Position numbers and translations under genes: made by a program. 64,000 nt of DNA from a virus (taxonomy: Duplodnaviria > Caudoviricetes). The notes below the pieces were generated by a model that saw only the letters and a list, made by a program, of their open reading frames with translations, was not told where the DNA came from and searched no databases. The DNA lies in the IMG/VR virus record IMGVR_UViG_3300021387_001147, positions 1 through 64,000 of that record. One strand, written 5' to 3'. Positions 19,701-30,600 of the stretch are shown one piece after another. The first letter of the stretch is position 1. Every line of letters begins with the position of its first letter.

Positions 19701-19951
19701 GAGCAGGCGCTCTTTCTTATGCGAGATCTAATTTCCCAGGATCTTATAGTTATGGAGCGACGTCTCAGGCTATGAATCAGGGCAATAACTTAATGGCACT
19801 TAATGGCATTAGATCGGATATTAAAGAACTGTCCGAAACTATGTCGACAATGCAGATGGTTCTTGATTCTGGGGTTCTTGTCGGACAGCTTGGGTCAGGA
19901 ATGGACAGAAGACTTGGTACAATTCAGAAGCTTAAAGAGAGGGGAGCATAA
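13712..19951 (+). CDS. tape measure protein
   Basis: ~2,080 aa, Ala/Gly-rich helical; TMP domain with NETFEGSLANMK.ALSR; C-terminal NSPSK.W; TTG start after GGAGGTG. Confidence 0.95.
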   Translation: MSNVDERIVEMKFENHLFEKNVNTSIGTLEKLKNALKFNGVDKNLADLDKSVNSMDFSKLAAGVDALNKRFSTMGIVGMTVIQDLTRAAENMAHKMATGLFNQIKTGGWARATNIDQAKFQLEGLGVAWNDIVADIEYGVNDTAYGLDSAAKVASQLVASGITIGDNMQAALRGVSGVAAMTNSSYDEIGAIFTTVAGQGKLMTMQLRQLESRGLNVAANLGKASGKLAGKTESEIRDMVTKGQIDFQTFADAMNEVFGPQAKKANETFEGSLANMKSALSRIGAEFATPIRKNMIPIFNKLREIFNDIKKQKLGQVFKDFESFAFKMSKFAYGVLDTLHKNLGFVDTLAGGIHSIWIWFDELMQGVSPVWKFFTKAEEKAEVAASAISKVGLTLEVVEDLAQRVLAGEFGNEQARWDAIDELTGIENAGLAVQNRVNELLNCSKRYSEAAEIVEDSTTKEQEALEKAGKSIEDYAEAQNEIQDTAQGMIETLQKAFGEIDKAAVFEWAATVIGGFRAALTILGRTVMAVAAGALEPLIEIGKTIAGVFGKVTSTIAEWVMDFSKFMKESGGYAKIQTVTNKVFKAFSSILKGTVKVGSKVFDILGNAIGKVGSIIDQAKFRFQVFMELLKNTEGYKRLTEAFGNIGSKLIELKDNAFSKIQDALNRFMETDIELPKINLMDLANSVSDGIVWMLDKINELKTSILDFYNTNIVGEGGLMEKLQNFFSSENLQAGIQNFIELINEAREAIVKFFTGTSGAEGEAEETTSGLQKFLDDVNRIFEQIKQTVVDLVNNGIEDFNDFVNRIKESIPSLDEVVKKIMHIVGEITAINFIRAVNGIMTSISHISGILRNVKGAIGSFKWFFRSLSLAVSGLALLEIAGAIGILALSFKLLGSLSWDQFKVAAAAIIVITSALAVLFAVIGHFSSGKGGKIVETPLQSLTEMVKTLSSTISKAMKGLGRAATIAAFAYAVKTIYDIIMSVVDMPWYKVKTGLKLVGAIMAEIVIAMAALNLLGGHKSTGMQRIGQAAQIVAFAAAIKLIANAIAQIAELDASKAEQGIKAIKTISLSLSALMISSRVSKLSLKPIIGLGLLFAAIAYAFGQMAGMDPDEMKATAGALTSIIATLSLLVYSLGKMFKNSGTGNIKSTVVSFIALGALIGEMALIFSLMQDMDPLKMASQADAMAKVLRSLAFVMWATSKIGSTGSIGGDVKGAVGSALSADIILANVTGIMAIAGLINENAPWLKDLIDSGIPLLNKVAEGIGDFIGTLLKHAIINPLEDTVGDLGDGLMGFIDGIKQFMEGTKDLDVSGVSTISDLLSVFSSLAGAGILTAITDFFMGESSMENFGTQMVAFGNALVEYSGIVAGNISEEAVASSARAAQMLSDFANTLPNEGGWLGAIVGENNLSDFANQLVGFGTELVKYSAIITSGNGIDEAAVTASARAATMIAEFANKIPNQGGALGALVGDNTLAQFAAGLEPFATAMVTYSDIIKNGNIDSAAVENSANAATMISKFASTIPNQGGKIAKWVGDNTLSQFAGELVPFATELVKYSAIITSGKGIDSDAVEASAAAGSILASFADAIPNSGGYLAAWIGDNTLSQFGATLVPFAEDLKSYSEACAGLDMTDAIAATGAISDLVALFNQINAEGGLLGAEQTGAKLSEIEDIVSSLFTNFAWALEDVDDVTSVSDAISNLGKKMGETMSKGLAEGIKSTEGGTDLQNAFSEMIQKMINGADGQAGDLSGLAESIVASLGTIGDAITTSLGADNLSATIVPELTAALTEMFATINSKQPIFRTAGSNLVNALAGGVRQGRSWVTAALQAIGIAGFNAINAYQSRFRTAGRNMGAGLAGGLRQSRSEVVSAARSLADAANAELKHRTKQNSPSKLWGEFGDNMGQGLANGLIGSVGVVKSAVGVMAKGTHDTMTGELNSSVESVTDNLYNQLVAVYQYINSVINESTNINPVITPVVDLSQVQNGMYSAGAMLSSAGNAFGAGALSYARSNFPGSYSYGATSQAMNQGNNLMALNGIRSDIKELSETMSTMQMVLDSGVLVGQLGSGMDRRLGTIQKLKERGA

Positions 19952-20793
19952 TGACTTATTACGGCGACCATTCTATACAGATTATTCGTACGTCGTCCAA
20001 TATATACAAATCCGCTAATAGCAACGATTATAACGGATACAATACTTGGACAGATTGGCATTTGGTCCCCTCTACAAGACCTGTGATTGATCCGCCGCCA
20101 ACAAAAACAAATTTCATAGATATTCCTGGCGCTAACGGAGTGATTGATGCTACAGAGGTACTTAATAATTACCCATCATACGGTCAGCGAGTTGGCGAAC
20201 AGGAATTCTATGTTGCAAATGGATACCAATCTTGGCATGAGATATATTCTGACATCATGGACTATGTGCACGGAAGATCTGTGTATGTAATTTTGCGAGA
20301 CGATCCTGCATACTATTACAAAGGCAGAGTATACGTGAACAAATGGAAATCAGAAAAAGACTGGTCAAAGATAGTTTTGAATTTCGAGCTTGAACCGTTC
20401 AAGTATGAAGTTTGTTCTGCTAATGACCGTTGGAGATGGGATCCATTCAGCTTTACTGATGGCATAATTAGAAACTACGATGAGTACAACAATCTTACAA
20501 TTACAAGTACGAAGAAAGTTATTACTATCGAAGGACGGACTATGCCTGTCATACCGAGATTTATAGTTTCGGCGGCAGAAGCTAATACTGAAATTACGAT
20601 AACACGTGAGAAGAATGCATCTGGATCAGGAACTGCCAGCGTTACGAAGAAGTATAAATGCACTGATACTGATGCTCACGAATTGAGATACTATGACATA
20701 GAATTTCGTGGTGGCAAGTCTTATATTGGTCTTCAGGCTCAATCTGGAAAGACATTCACAGTTAGCGTTATTTACAGAGGAGGCAGGCTGTAA
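19951..20793 (+). CDS. distal tail protein
   Basis: After TMP; TWTDWHL..P.TKTNFIDIPGANG..D.TE..DDPAYYY.GR pattern. Confidence 0.75.
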   Translation: MTYYGDHSIQIIRTSSNIYKSANSNDYNGYNTWTDWHLVPSTRPVIDPPPTKTNFIDIPGANGVIDATEVLNNYPSYGQRVGEQEFYVANGYQSWHEIYSDIMDYVHGRSVYVILRDDPAYYYKGRVYVNKWKSEKDWSKIVLNFELEPFKYEVCSANDRWRWDPFSFTDGIIRNYDEYNNLTITSTKKVITIEGRTMPVIPRFIVSAAEANTEITITREKNASGSGTASVTKKYKCTDTDAHELRYYDIEFRGGKSYIGLQAQSGKTFTVSVIYRGGRL

Positions 20794-22058
20794 TGTATAT
20801 TATCACAGTCGATGGAAGTTCATCAAATATTCTGCATGATAGTGCTGGATTTGATAATGACTATAAGCTTATCTCTGGAAATTTGAAACTCGCCTTTAAT
20901 AAAGCTGGGTCATTTAGTATGACCGTGCCGCCGAATAATGAAATGTATTCAAAAGGGCTTCTGAAAAGAATGAAGTCTGTTTTGGATGTATATAAGAAAA
21001 AACAGGATGGAAGTTGGCAGTGGCTTTGGCGCGGAAGGATTCTTGATATCAATAGAAACTTCTATAATACAATGAGCTATAACTGTGAAGGCTGGCTGTC
21101 TGTTCTTAATGATTCGTTGGTGCGACCTGACACAAATTACAATACGGATACAGGAATTACGAATAAAACCATTCCTGATTACTTTGTTGAACTGATTAAT
21201 AAGCATAACGCTCAAGTCGGAAGTGCCAGGTCGTTAAACCCAATTGTGAAAAAGAATGGCCAAACAGTCTGGCCTACCACTAAGCCAACTTTTCCTGTAG
21301 GAAATTACGAATCCACTTTTGAATACATTGAAAGCAATTTTCTTAACAACGAGTCTATAGGTGGAAGAATCTGGATTGAAAGAAATAACATTTATTACCT
21401 TCCAGATGATACACTAGATGATGACGATTTGCTTGCTGAGCAACCAATTATATTTGGCGAAAACATGCTCGACTATGCTGAGACTGTTGACGCTACTGAA
21501 GTGTATACAGTCATTGTACCTACTGGAAAAGACGATCTTAAGCTAAAGGACGCGGATCATAACAACAGAGATTATCTCGAAGCTAGTCCTAGCTCAATAA
21601 ACACATATGGCAGAATTTGGCATTACGAGAATTTCCCTAATGCTGCAACTCAGGCAGAACTTAAGAAGCAAGCTAAGGCAGCTTTGGACAAGAATGTAAC
21701 TTCTGCTACAACGATCGAACTGTCAGCATTTGATTTGTCCTTAATTGACTCGTCTATGGAAATGATACCAGTCGGAAAAAGGCTTAGAATCATTTCAAGA
21801 CCGCACCAGCTTGATATTTCTGGATACCTTTGCGTTGAAGCTGATATAGATCTTTGTAACCCAGCGAATACAAAGTACATTATAGGTATTGACCCGAAGA
21901 CTCTTACAGGGAAACAGGTATCTATGCTTAAGAAGTTTAAGAATGGCAGTAACTGGAATACTAAGTACGGCGTTGATACGAAATTAAAAGGCGATAATGC
22001 AAGAGATAATATTCTTGTACTAGATCGAGATACTCTTGACAACTTTAGACTTGCGTGA
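20793..22058 (+). CDS. tail hub / Tal-like protein
   Basis: After Dit; NKAGSFS.T..WRGR..CEG.L..L.D pattern. Confidence 0.7.
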   Translation: MYIITVDGSSSNILHDSAGFDNDYKLISGNLKLAFNKAGSFSMTVPPNNEMYSKGLLKRMKSVLDVYKKKQDGSWQWLWRGRILDINRNFYNTMSYNCEGWLSVLNDSLVRPDTNYNTDTGITNKTIPDYFVELINKHNAQVGSARSLNPIVKKNGQTVWPTTKPTFPVGNYESTFEYIESNFLNNESIGGRIWIERNNIYYLPDDTLDDDDLLAEQPIIFGENMLDYAETVDATEVYTVIVPTGKDDLKLKDADHNNRDYLEASPSSINTYGRIWHYENFPNAATQAELKKQAKAALDKNVTSATTIELSAFDLSLIDSSMEMIPVGKRLRIISRPHQLDISGYLCVEADIDLCNPANTKYIIGIDPKTLTGKQVSMLKKFKNGSNWNTKYGVDTKLKGDNARDNILVLDRDTLDNFRLA

Positions 22059-22073
22059 TAAGGAGAAGCTTTT

Positions 22074-22727
22074 ATGCCATTAATATATTCTGAAATTCCG
22101 CTTTCTTATGAGCCGCATGAATTCGAAGATGAAGCTCTCCTTAGAGCGCAAGATTTAAGAGACATTGACGAAGGAGTATATGCGGTTATTACTAGAGCGA
22201 ACTCTCAAGGACAAACACTTACAGACTCTGTACAGGAGCTTGAGAATTTGAGAGTATATGCTACTCAGGGACTTACAGAGCTTTCTCGAAGCATGACTGG
22301 CTATACTGATGAACTTACTAATTTGGAAGACAGCATAAATCTATTTCTGAATGGAAGTGATCAGGCTGAACAGAGTTGTAATAGACTTATTACGCCTGGC
22401 AGTTATGCTATTAATGGCAGCTTTCTGGGCAGTCCTTTATCAAATACATCCGATACAGGATTTATATTTGTGTTTGGTCATGTTGATACAGAGCATCCGC
22501 TTAATACTGTACTCTGTCAGCTTTGTGTTGAAGGAAGCGGATCTGGAGTTCACGGTAATGTCTATACTAGGCATTATGCAAATTATGAATTCTCTGAATG
22601 GACAAAAGCTCTTGTAGATGCTGATGTAACAAGTACAGTTACAAATCTTGAATCACAGTATTCAGCTCTGTTATCTAGAGTTGAAGCACTTGAAGCTGCT
22701 ATGAGCAATCCGGAAGCAGGTGAATGA
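22074..22727 (+). CDS. short tail fibre with knob-like domain (paralog 1)
   Basis: N-terminal LRAQDLRDIDEG anchor; CNRLITPGSY..VLCQL knob; C-terminal coiled coil. Confidence 0.55.
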   Translation: MPLIYSEIPLSYEPHEFEDEALLRAQDLRDIDEGVYAVITRANSQGQTLTDSVQELENLRVYATQGLTELSRSMTGYTDELTNLEDSINLFLNGSDQAEQSCNRLITPGSYAINGSFLGSPLSNTSDTGFIFVFGHVDTEHPLNTVLCQLCVEGSGSGVHGNVYTRHYANYEFSEWTKALVDADVTSTVTNLESQYSALLSRVEALEAAMSNPEAGE

Positions 22728-23412
22728 CATGGCTGAAATTCACTACGGATCTCTAACAGACGGAATTGAATTAGTAGAAGGTACTCATGATTTTGTTCAT
22801 GGCTACATGATAACTGCCGATGATATGAATGATATTGATAACGGCATTTACGACACTGTAGTAGAACTAAACAGCAGAATCAGTACCTATGAAGGATTGA
22901 TTTCTGATCTTAATGAATTATCTGATAACGTTCATGATGGCTTGGATGAATTAACCGATGAATTTCAAGACACCGTAACGCCAGCAAAAGAAAGAGTTAT
23001 TACATATGGTAATTCTTTTTCGAACGGCATAGATCATAGAAATAGCGTGTCTGTTGACTGTAACAGTTTTGTTTCTACAGGAATGCATGTTATAGACGAT
23101 TCAGCTCAGCATTCACCAATCTATAATATTCATGGCGGAGTAGGTTTAATATTAGTCCTTGGCGCAACAAATTCAGCATCACAGATATTTGTTGAAGGCC
23201 CTGGAAATAGTAAGACCGTATTAGATCCGATTACAGATAAACCATTTGTGCTAACTCAGAATAAAATTTATACAAGATACTATAACGGATCCACTTGGAC
23301 TTCATGGAAGAAACTACTCTATGATTGGAGTGAATCCTATCAGATAATGGATTTGCAGGATAGGATCAATGGATTAAAGAAAAGAATAGCTGCATTAGAA
23401 GCAAAAGTTTGA
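22720..23412 (+). CDS. short tail fibre with knob-like domain (paralog 2)
   Basis: ITADDMNDIDNG anchor; DCNSFVSTG..IYTRYYNGSTWTSW. Confidence 0.55.
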   Translation: MNDMAEIHYGSLTDGIELVEGTHDFVHGYMITADDMNDIDNGIYDTVVELNSRISTYEGLISDLNELSDNVHDGLDELTDEFQDTVTPAKERVITYGNSFSNGIDHRNSVSVDCNSFVSTGMHVIDDSAQHSPIYNIHGGVGLILVLGATNSASQIFVEGPGNSKTVLDPITDKPFVLTQNKIYTRYYNGSTWTSWKKLLYDWSESYQIMDLQDRINGLKKRIAALEAKV

Positions 23413-23435
23413 GGCTTATAAGGAGATGACATACA

Positions 23436-25154
23436 ATGGCCGTTACATCCTATAAAGTACATAATTTTAAAGCCGGCGATTATTTGTATGCCGCTCAGAT
23501 GAGAGACATTGATGATGCTATTGAAGCTTTGTTTAAAAGAAGTAATGCTACTGACAATGGCATAACCGAAATAGCACATGATGTCGATGATTTCGCACAG
23601 CAGTCATCAGCCTTTGTTTCGGGTATTGATGCTACTACTAGTGAGTCTGATTTCAATGCTATGGTGCTTCCCGGATGCTACATTGTAGGTCCGAATACGA
23701 AGAATAACCCTTTGAACGACGATGGCTACTTAATTGTATACGGAAACGAGAATGGCTCTAATTCTGTGCTGTGTCAGTTATTAATAGCTAAAGACGGCAG
23801 AATTGCATCCAGATGGTGTAAGAATCTTGTATGGTCACCATGGCATTCTTCTATTTCAACAGAAGAAGTTGAAAACATTGTCGCACACGTCAAAATACGA
23901 GGAGATCAGCTTGCTATTGATAAGCTCCTTGTTGAAGACTTCTTGCAGGTTGGGAAAGACGGAATCACTAAACTTACGAATGATTCAATAACGACTGGCA
24001 CTGTAATAGCAAAGCTCGTTGAAGCGGATGAAGGCGACTTTAAAGCATTACGAGCTGATTCAGCACTAGTTAGAGGCGTTCTTCAAGTTGGCGAATCTGG
24101 AATCACTAAAATCGCTAATGACACTATTACAACCGATACAGTAATTTCGAATATTGTTAAAGCCGGGTCTGCTGAGCTTACGAATCTTACATCGAATACG
24201 GCTTTCGTTAAGACGATGCTGCAGGTTGGCGAATCTGGCATTACTAAGATCGCTAATGACACTATTACAACTGATACAGTGTTAGCAAGACTTGCTGACG
24301 TTGACGTTCTTCATTCAGATAAGATTAGTGCTAACAGTGCTTTTGTCAGAAGTCTTCAAGCTATTTCCGTTACTGAAGCAGAAGCTAAAATTACTGATGC
24401 TTATATTTACAATGCCGTTGCCGGTAAGATTGCAGTTGCTGATCTTAAAGCTGGTGACATTTACATAAGTAATAGCGCCAGGATCATGTCTGAGAACGGC
24501 GCTATGATCATGACTGGTGATGCTCTTCAGATTTATGGCACAGACTCTCTCGGAAACGACTATGTTGGCGTTCAATTAGGATACGATGCCGAAAGCATTC
24601 CATCATTGATACTACGAAATGCTGATGGTGCTGTTGTTCTTTCTCCTCAAGGTATAACTGAAAACGCTGTTCCAGACGGACTTATCAGAAATGACATGGT
24701 ACAGAATGGCACTCTAGGTAAAGAGAAATTCAGTTTCAATGTCATGGAGGAAGGCGACACTATCTCAATGGAACAAATCTACATGGGTGATAAAGCATTC
24801 GGATATGAGTGGAATAGCTTTACCACTGGCACAAATCAGGCACTTGAAGATTTGAGCGATGCAGTTGCAGATAGTGCAAAGTATGATGTCGTAATAGAGA
24901 CTCCTGACGGCGTAGATATACGAGGCGGAAACATTAGACTAGTTGCTAGACTTTACAGAAACGGGGTTGATGTAACAGATAGTTATGATGCTTCCCTTTT
25001 TATTTGGACAAGAAATTCATCTGATACAGTTGCTGATACGGCATGGAATCAGAGTCATAATACAGGAACTAAGCAGTTATTGCTTTCAGGAACAGATGTT
25101 AATAAACGAGTACGATTCAATTGCAGATTTAGATATGATAGAACGGCAGCTTAA
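23436..25154 (+). CDS. tail fibre / tail tip protein
   Basis: LYAAQMRDIDDA anchor; three LQVG..GITK..ND.ITT.TV repeats. Confidence 0.6.
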   Translation: MAVTSYKVHNFKAGDYLYAAQMRDIDDAIEALFKRSNATDNGITEIAHDVDDFAQQSSAFVSGIDATTSESDFNAMVLPGCYIVGPNTKNNPLNDDGYLIVYGNENGSNSVLCQLLIAKDGRIASRWCKNLVWSPWHSSISTEEVENIVAHVKIRGDQLAIDKLLVEDFLQVGKDGITKLTNDSITTGTVIAKLVEADEGDFKALRADSALVRGVLQVGESGITKIANDTITTDTVISNIVKAGSAELTNLTSNTAFVKTMLQVGESGITKIANDTITTDTVLARLADVDVLHSDKISANSAFVRSLQAISVTEAEAKITDAYIYNAVAGKIAVADLKAGDIYISNSARIMSENGAMIMTGDALQIYGTDSLGNDYVGVQLGYDAESIPSLILRNADGAVVLSPQGITENAVPDGLIRNDMVQNGTLGKEKFSFNVMEEGDTISMEQIYMGDKAFGYEWNSFTTGTNQALEDLSDAVADSAKYDVVIETPDGVDIRGGNIRLVARLYRNGVDVTDSYDASLFIWTRNSSDTVADTAWNQSHNTGTKQLLLSGTDVNKRVRFNCRFRYDRTAA

Positions 25155-25172
25155 TAATAGAGGGATAGCGAT

Positions 25173-27686
25173 ATGGCAGTAATTGAAAGTTATAGCAGTG
25201 TGGAGATATCTGATTCGTTAGATGTCGGATCGCTGTCATCATATTTATCAAGTTCTCAGCCGACTACAGTTGTATATGATCCGAATACAGATGTATACAC
25301 ACCCAACTGGGCTAGTACGAATTTAGTAATTACTCCGACGGTAACGTATAATGGAGCACAGCTTTCATTAACTGCTAACGAGCTATCGATTACATATCAA
25401 AGAAAAGATGGATCATCGTCTGCAACATCTTTAACAACTGGCGAATCTTTAAATAATGGCGTTTTAACGGTATCTAGGAACAAACTGTCGGAGAGTACTA
25501 GTGGCATTATCACTTATATTTGCACAGTCACTTATACAGATCCTTATAGTGCTGTTCCTATATCTGTAAAGAACTCTATAACATATTCGCTCCTTACTAA
25601 TGCGTCTCGAATAAAGCATGCTTACATTACAGGTGAAACAACTTTCCTATACGATTCGCTTAGAAATGTAATAGGAACCGGCTCTTTAACTATTCATGCT
25701 GATGTTCAGAACGTATCCGTCAGTAAGTGGGAATATTTGAATTCGTCTGGCAATTACGTTACTTATCCTGATTCTGGAACGGAAACAGATCTAGTTGTAC
25801 GAGCAGATGAGGCTGATATTTGGAATAATGGACGTACAGCGACAATAAAGCTTGTCACTTCAGATCCTGATACGTACGACATTGTACAGATTCAGAAGAT
25901 CTACGACGGTGCAAACGGTACTGAAACGGTATCTGTAATCCTAACTAACACCAGTCATTATGTTCCATGCGATGATGAAGGTAATGTCCTTTCGTGGAAC
26001 GGTGCTCCTACCGAAATTCACATTTATGAAGGCGGCCAGGATGTTACAGCTGTTCCATGTACTCTTTTGGATGAAGACGATGCAGTTCTGGTAGATGAAA
26101 ACGGAGCGATCCTTACCGATTCTAACTGGACTGTTGCAATAGCGCCAGGACCTGGAATAACTGGCACCTTTGAAAATTTCATCTTCACTCCGACGAGCCT
26201 AACACTTGAAACAAGTTACGTAGATTTCATTTGTTCGAAAGAAGGATACTCTAATCTTCGTGCAAGATATTCTATTACCAAATCTCGATCTGGAGCAGAT
26301 GGAGAATCTCCAATAATTTATGAAGTCGGTGCCGATACATATGTACTTAACCTGAGTGAATCTGGAGCTTTCTCGCCAGCATCTGTTAAGTTCTCTGCTC
26401 ATACCATATCTGGTGAATCAATTACCAGAATAGATTATCCTGCGAGATTCATCATCTACGAATCTACCGACGGCATTAATTTCACTGAGAAGTATAGAAG
26501 TGCCGGTGATGAGTATGTGAAGACATATACTCCTTCCTCTGTTAACGTAGTTGCAATCAGATGTGTAATGTATGCATCTGGATCTACAACTACTGTTCTT
26601 GATGAGCAGATGGTTGTTATTACAAAAGACGGAGTAGATGGAGCGCCTGGCATGTCAGGTATGTCTATCGGACTTTCTAATTCTCAGGACATTATATCTT
26701 GTAACGAAAATGGATACGCTGCCGAAGCCAAGACAATAACAATTCCATTCTATGCTTATTTAGGTATAGAAAGAGTACCTGTTACAGCATCGATTATTGG
26801 ATCTCTTCCTAGCGGTGTTTCCCTTTCAAGTAATGCGAGTGGAACAACTTCAGCAGATGGGCAGATAGTATTACAAGTTGCTAAAAATGCTACATTCGGT
26901 AATGCGTCCACTCTTACTGGAGCTATAATAATCAGGCTTGTATTTAATGGCGGCAGTGTAGATCGAAATTATATTTGGACAAAGAATCTGAAAGGCGTAG
27001 ACGGCACAAGTACAAGCATTCTACAAATCTATTCCGACGATGGAAATATTATAAGGAATTCTGTTGGAACTGTGACATTAAAAGCTAGATACATAAACGG
27101 TGGAACTGTAGTAACGCCTACTAGCTTACAGTGGTATAAATTTCAAACAGGTTCATATAAAGCTATATCAGGAGCTACAGCTGCAACTCTAACAGTAACC
27201 GCAGCTATGGTCGATGATATGGCTTTCTTTAAATGCATCGGCACTTATGGCGGAGTATCCTGTGAAGACTACTATACAGTAGACGATATTCAGGATTTAA
27301 TAAACGCTGAAGTATTCTCAACAGTCGCTGAATTTAAGAACGGCGAAGGATATGGTGCTGTTTATACAAGACTATATAGACCGGATGGAGAAATTGATCC
27401 TCTGTTGTCAACAGTATTTTCTGCAGTACCACCTTCTAATCCGTCAAACAACGATTACTATTATCACCTCGATCGAGATAATAAGACAGTCACTCTTAAA
27501 AAGTATAATGGCTCATCTTGGGCTTCAGTAACAGAGAATTACAAATATACATATAAATACTACAGAATCAATAAAGATGGGCAGGCATTAGATAAAGCAC
27601 AGCCATATAAAACATCCAGATGCGTATACGTAGATCCAACTATAGTAGGTGAAGTGATGCAATTCGTATGCGAGGTTGATGCTTAG
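25173..27686 (+). CDS. tail protein with Ig-like repeats
   Basis: Ser/Thr-rich beta modules separated by DG..G linkers. Confidence 0.6.
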   Translation: MAVIESYSSVEISDSLDVGSLSSYLSSSQPTTVVYDPNTDVYTPNWASTNLVITPTVTYNGAQLSLTANELSITYQRKDGSSSATSLTTGESLNNGVLTVSRNKLSESTSGIITYICTVTYTDPYSAVPISVKNSITYSLLTNASRIKHAYITGETTFLYDSLRNVIGTGSLTIHADVQNVSVSKWEYLNSSGNYVTYPDSGTETDLVVRADEADIWNNGRTATIKLVTSDPDTYDIVQIQKIYDGANGTETVSVILTNTSHYVPCDDEGNVLSWNGAPTEIHIYEGGQDVTAVPCTLLDEDDAVLVDENGAILTDSNWTVAIAPGPGITGTFENFIFTPTSLTLETSYVDFICSKEGYSNLRARYSITKSRSGADGESPIIYEVGADTYVLNLSESGAFSPASVKFSAHTISGESITRIDYPARFIIYESTDGINFTEKYRSAGDEYVKTYTPSSVNVVAIRCVMYASGSTTTVLDEQMVVITKDGVDGAPGMSGMSIGLSNSQDIISCNENGYAAEAKTITIPFYAYLGIERVPVTASIIGSLPSGVSLSSNASGTTSADGQIVLQVAKNATFGNASTLTGAIIIRLVFNGGSVDRNYIWTKNLKGVDGTSTSILQIYSDDGNIIRNSVGTVTLKARYINGGTVVTPTSLQWYKFQTGSYKAISGATAATLTVTAAMVDDMAFFKCIGTYGGVSCEDYYTVDDIQDLINAEVFSTVAEFKNGEGYGAVYTRLYRPDGEIDPLLSTVFSAVPPSNPSNNDYYYHLDRDNKTVTLKKYNGSSWASVTENYKYTYKYYRINKDGQALDKAQPYKTSRCVYVDPTIVGEVMQFVCEVDA

Positions 27687-27697
27687 GAGGAACTAAC

Positions 27698-30600
27698 ATG
27701 AGTATAGCGTTTGGCAGCATTACGCTAAGCTGCGTAAATGACGGCGAGCCTGGGAGAAATGGGGTTGGGATTTCGTCAACTGTAGTTGAATACGCTACCG
27801 GATCATCTCAGACAATACCTCCTGAGTATACCCTCGTCGATGAAAACAATACTGTGCTTGTCGATGGCGATGGCGCTATCTTAACGAATGGCCAGTGGGA
27901 AACTGAAATTCCAGTAGTGCATGACGGTATGTACTTGTGGTCTAGAACGATCACGACATACGATGATGGAACATTTAGCATATCGTATTCAGTAAGTAGA
28001 GACGGTATAGGCATATTAACAGAGAAAAGACAGTACTATCTATCTGATTCTCCTACTACTTTATCAGGAGGCTCATGGGTATATGAACAGCCATATCCGA
28101 TTCCTGCTGGCAAATATATGTGGGGTCGTCTGGAATTCAAAATGACAGATGGAACCACTACTTATTCAGAAGCTGTTTACGAAAATACTTTGAGTGGCAT
28201 CATAAATAAGACAGATGCCATTGAAGGAAAGATAACACAGAAGATCTGGCAGACAGATATTGAATCTGCTATTGATGACTTTGACACTCTCGAAGGCAAC
28301 ACAACTATAAGAGATCGAATTTCTGAGTTTTCACAGGATCTGGATGGAATTCATACAACTATTGGCGATAAAACTTCAAGTCCTAGTGGAATATTGGAAA
28401 GGCTATCTAGAGTTTCTCAAACAGCTGACAAGATCTCATGGCTTGTGAAATCTGGTGATAACATCTCTAATATGGTCCTTACTGATGAGATGTTTAATCT
28501 CATAACTCAGAAGATTAACATTTCTGGTAAGGTCACATTTAGTGCATTTGATTCAGCAGCTCAGCAAAAGTTTAATGACATGGAGACTGACCTCTCGAAT
28601 ATTAACATCCGAGACTTCAAACAAGAATACGGTTACAGTACAAGCAGAACTGTTCAACCTGTATCTTGGCAGACAAATGTTCCTGAAGCAGCTGAAGGAC
28701 GTTATATTTGGCAGAAGACGACTTACACTACTAAAGGCAGTAGCCAGAAGATAGAAGAGATAGTATGTCTAACAGGTCAGAAAGGCGATACTGGTCCTGC
28801 CGGATCATCTGTCACAGCTTATACGCTCGAAGTTTCTCACGCTGCTGTCGCTAAAGCAGTTAATGGATCATATAATCCTGCGTCCATTACACTTAACGCT
28901 AGGTCGAAGGTAGGGTCATCCCCTGCTTCTGATTACAGTGGACGATTCGTGATTGAGACGTCTACAGATGGCAGCACTTGGAGGAATCCTCCTGACTATA
29001 CCTCATCTATAAACGAAGCAATTCGCAGCTTTACAATTCCATCAGGAACAGTTGCAATCAGATGTTCGCTTTATGCTGCAGGCGGTACTACAACACTTCT
29101 TGATCAGCAGACAGTTCCAGTTGTAAACGACGGCGCTAATGGCGGAAAAGGCGAAGACGCATATACGATTATATTAACGAATGAGGCTCACACATTTATC
29201 GGTAATAGCTCTACAGTTATTCCGACCAGTGTGAATTGCGGTGTTATAGCTTATAAAGGGGCTACTCAGATAGCAGCTCATATAGGAGAGATTACTGGCA
29301 AGCCGTCTGGACTTAGCACCTCTATTACGAATAACGACACTACCACAGCCAGATTTACAGTAAGCGTTACGTCTTCTTTAGCATCGAATAATGGCACTCT
29401 TACAGTTCCAATAGTTGCAGATGGAAAGCAGTTTACTAAATACTTTTCGTATTCTGTATCACTTAAAGGGGCTACAGGAGCACAAGGACCTGCTGGAAAA
29501 GGCATTACAAATACGGATATTGCTTACTGTGTTGGTGAATCTGGAACCGAAGCTCCTGGCGGTTATACGATATGGGCTGATGGAGATGGAGCTAAATTAA
29601 CAGATGGAGATGGAGCCTATCTTATTGACAGCACATGGTCAACAACTATACCAGATGTTCCAGACGGATCGTTCCTTTGGGTAAGGAAGATTGAAACATA
29701 TTCTGATGGCAGCTCTACTACATCATATAGTGTAGCTAGAAGTGGTGTATCTGGTGGCGACGCTTATACCGTTATGCTGACGAATGAATCTCATACCTTC
29801 TTAGGAGCAGAAGATCATGCCATTGGTGGGACAGTTATATTTGAGGTTGCTGCTTACAAAGGTGCTGGTCGAATAGAAGCTACTATAGGAAACATATCAA
29901 GTACTTCAGGTGGGAGCTCTGTATCTGTAACCGGTATGTCTGTTACAGTTACAGAAAACGGCACAAAGAATCCTAAGATCAGTGTTACCGTTACCGATAA
30001 AATGAAGGATGCAAACGGTATACTTTATATTCCGATAACTGTAGATGGTAACACTTTCACAAAAGAATTTACTTATTCAGTAGCATTCAAAGGAAAAGAC
30101 GGAAAAGATGCTAAAGTTCGTTATCTTGAGGTTTCAAATGTTGCAATAGTAAGAGATTCTAGTGGTACATATACTCCTAATTATATTCAGGTAGGCGCTA
30201 AAGAGAGATCTGGAACTTCTGCCATGACTGGGTATTCAGGCAGATTTAAGATTGAGACAACTGAAAACTTTACTAATTGGACCGCTAGGTATACAACGCC
30301 AAGTGACGTATCAGCTTATATTTATTCCAATTTCCCTGCGAACATTAAAGCTATCAGATGCAGTCTATACGAAGCTGGAGGAACAACTGTACTTCTTGAT
30401 CAGCAGACAGTAGCAATCGTTGAGAATGGCTCTGAAGGAAGAGGCGTAGCATCTATTGAATATTACTATTGTTTAAGTGAAAATAAGCCGGTAACGAATC
30501 CTATAGACGATAAGGTGAATTGGTCTACAACTCCTCAGAAGTATGACGACGTAAGCAAGAAATATTGGACTTGTACAGTAACTACATATTCTGACGGATC

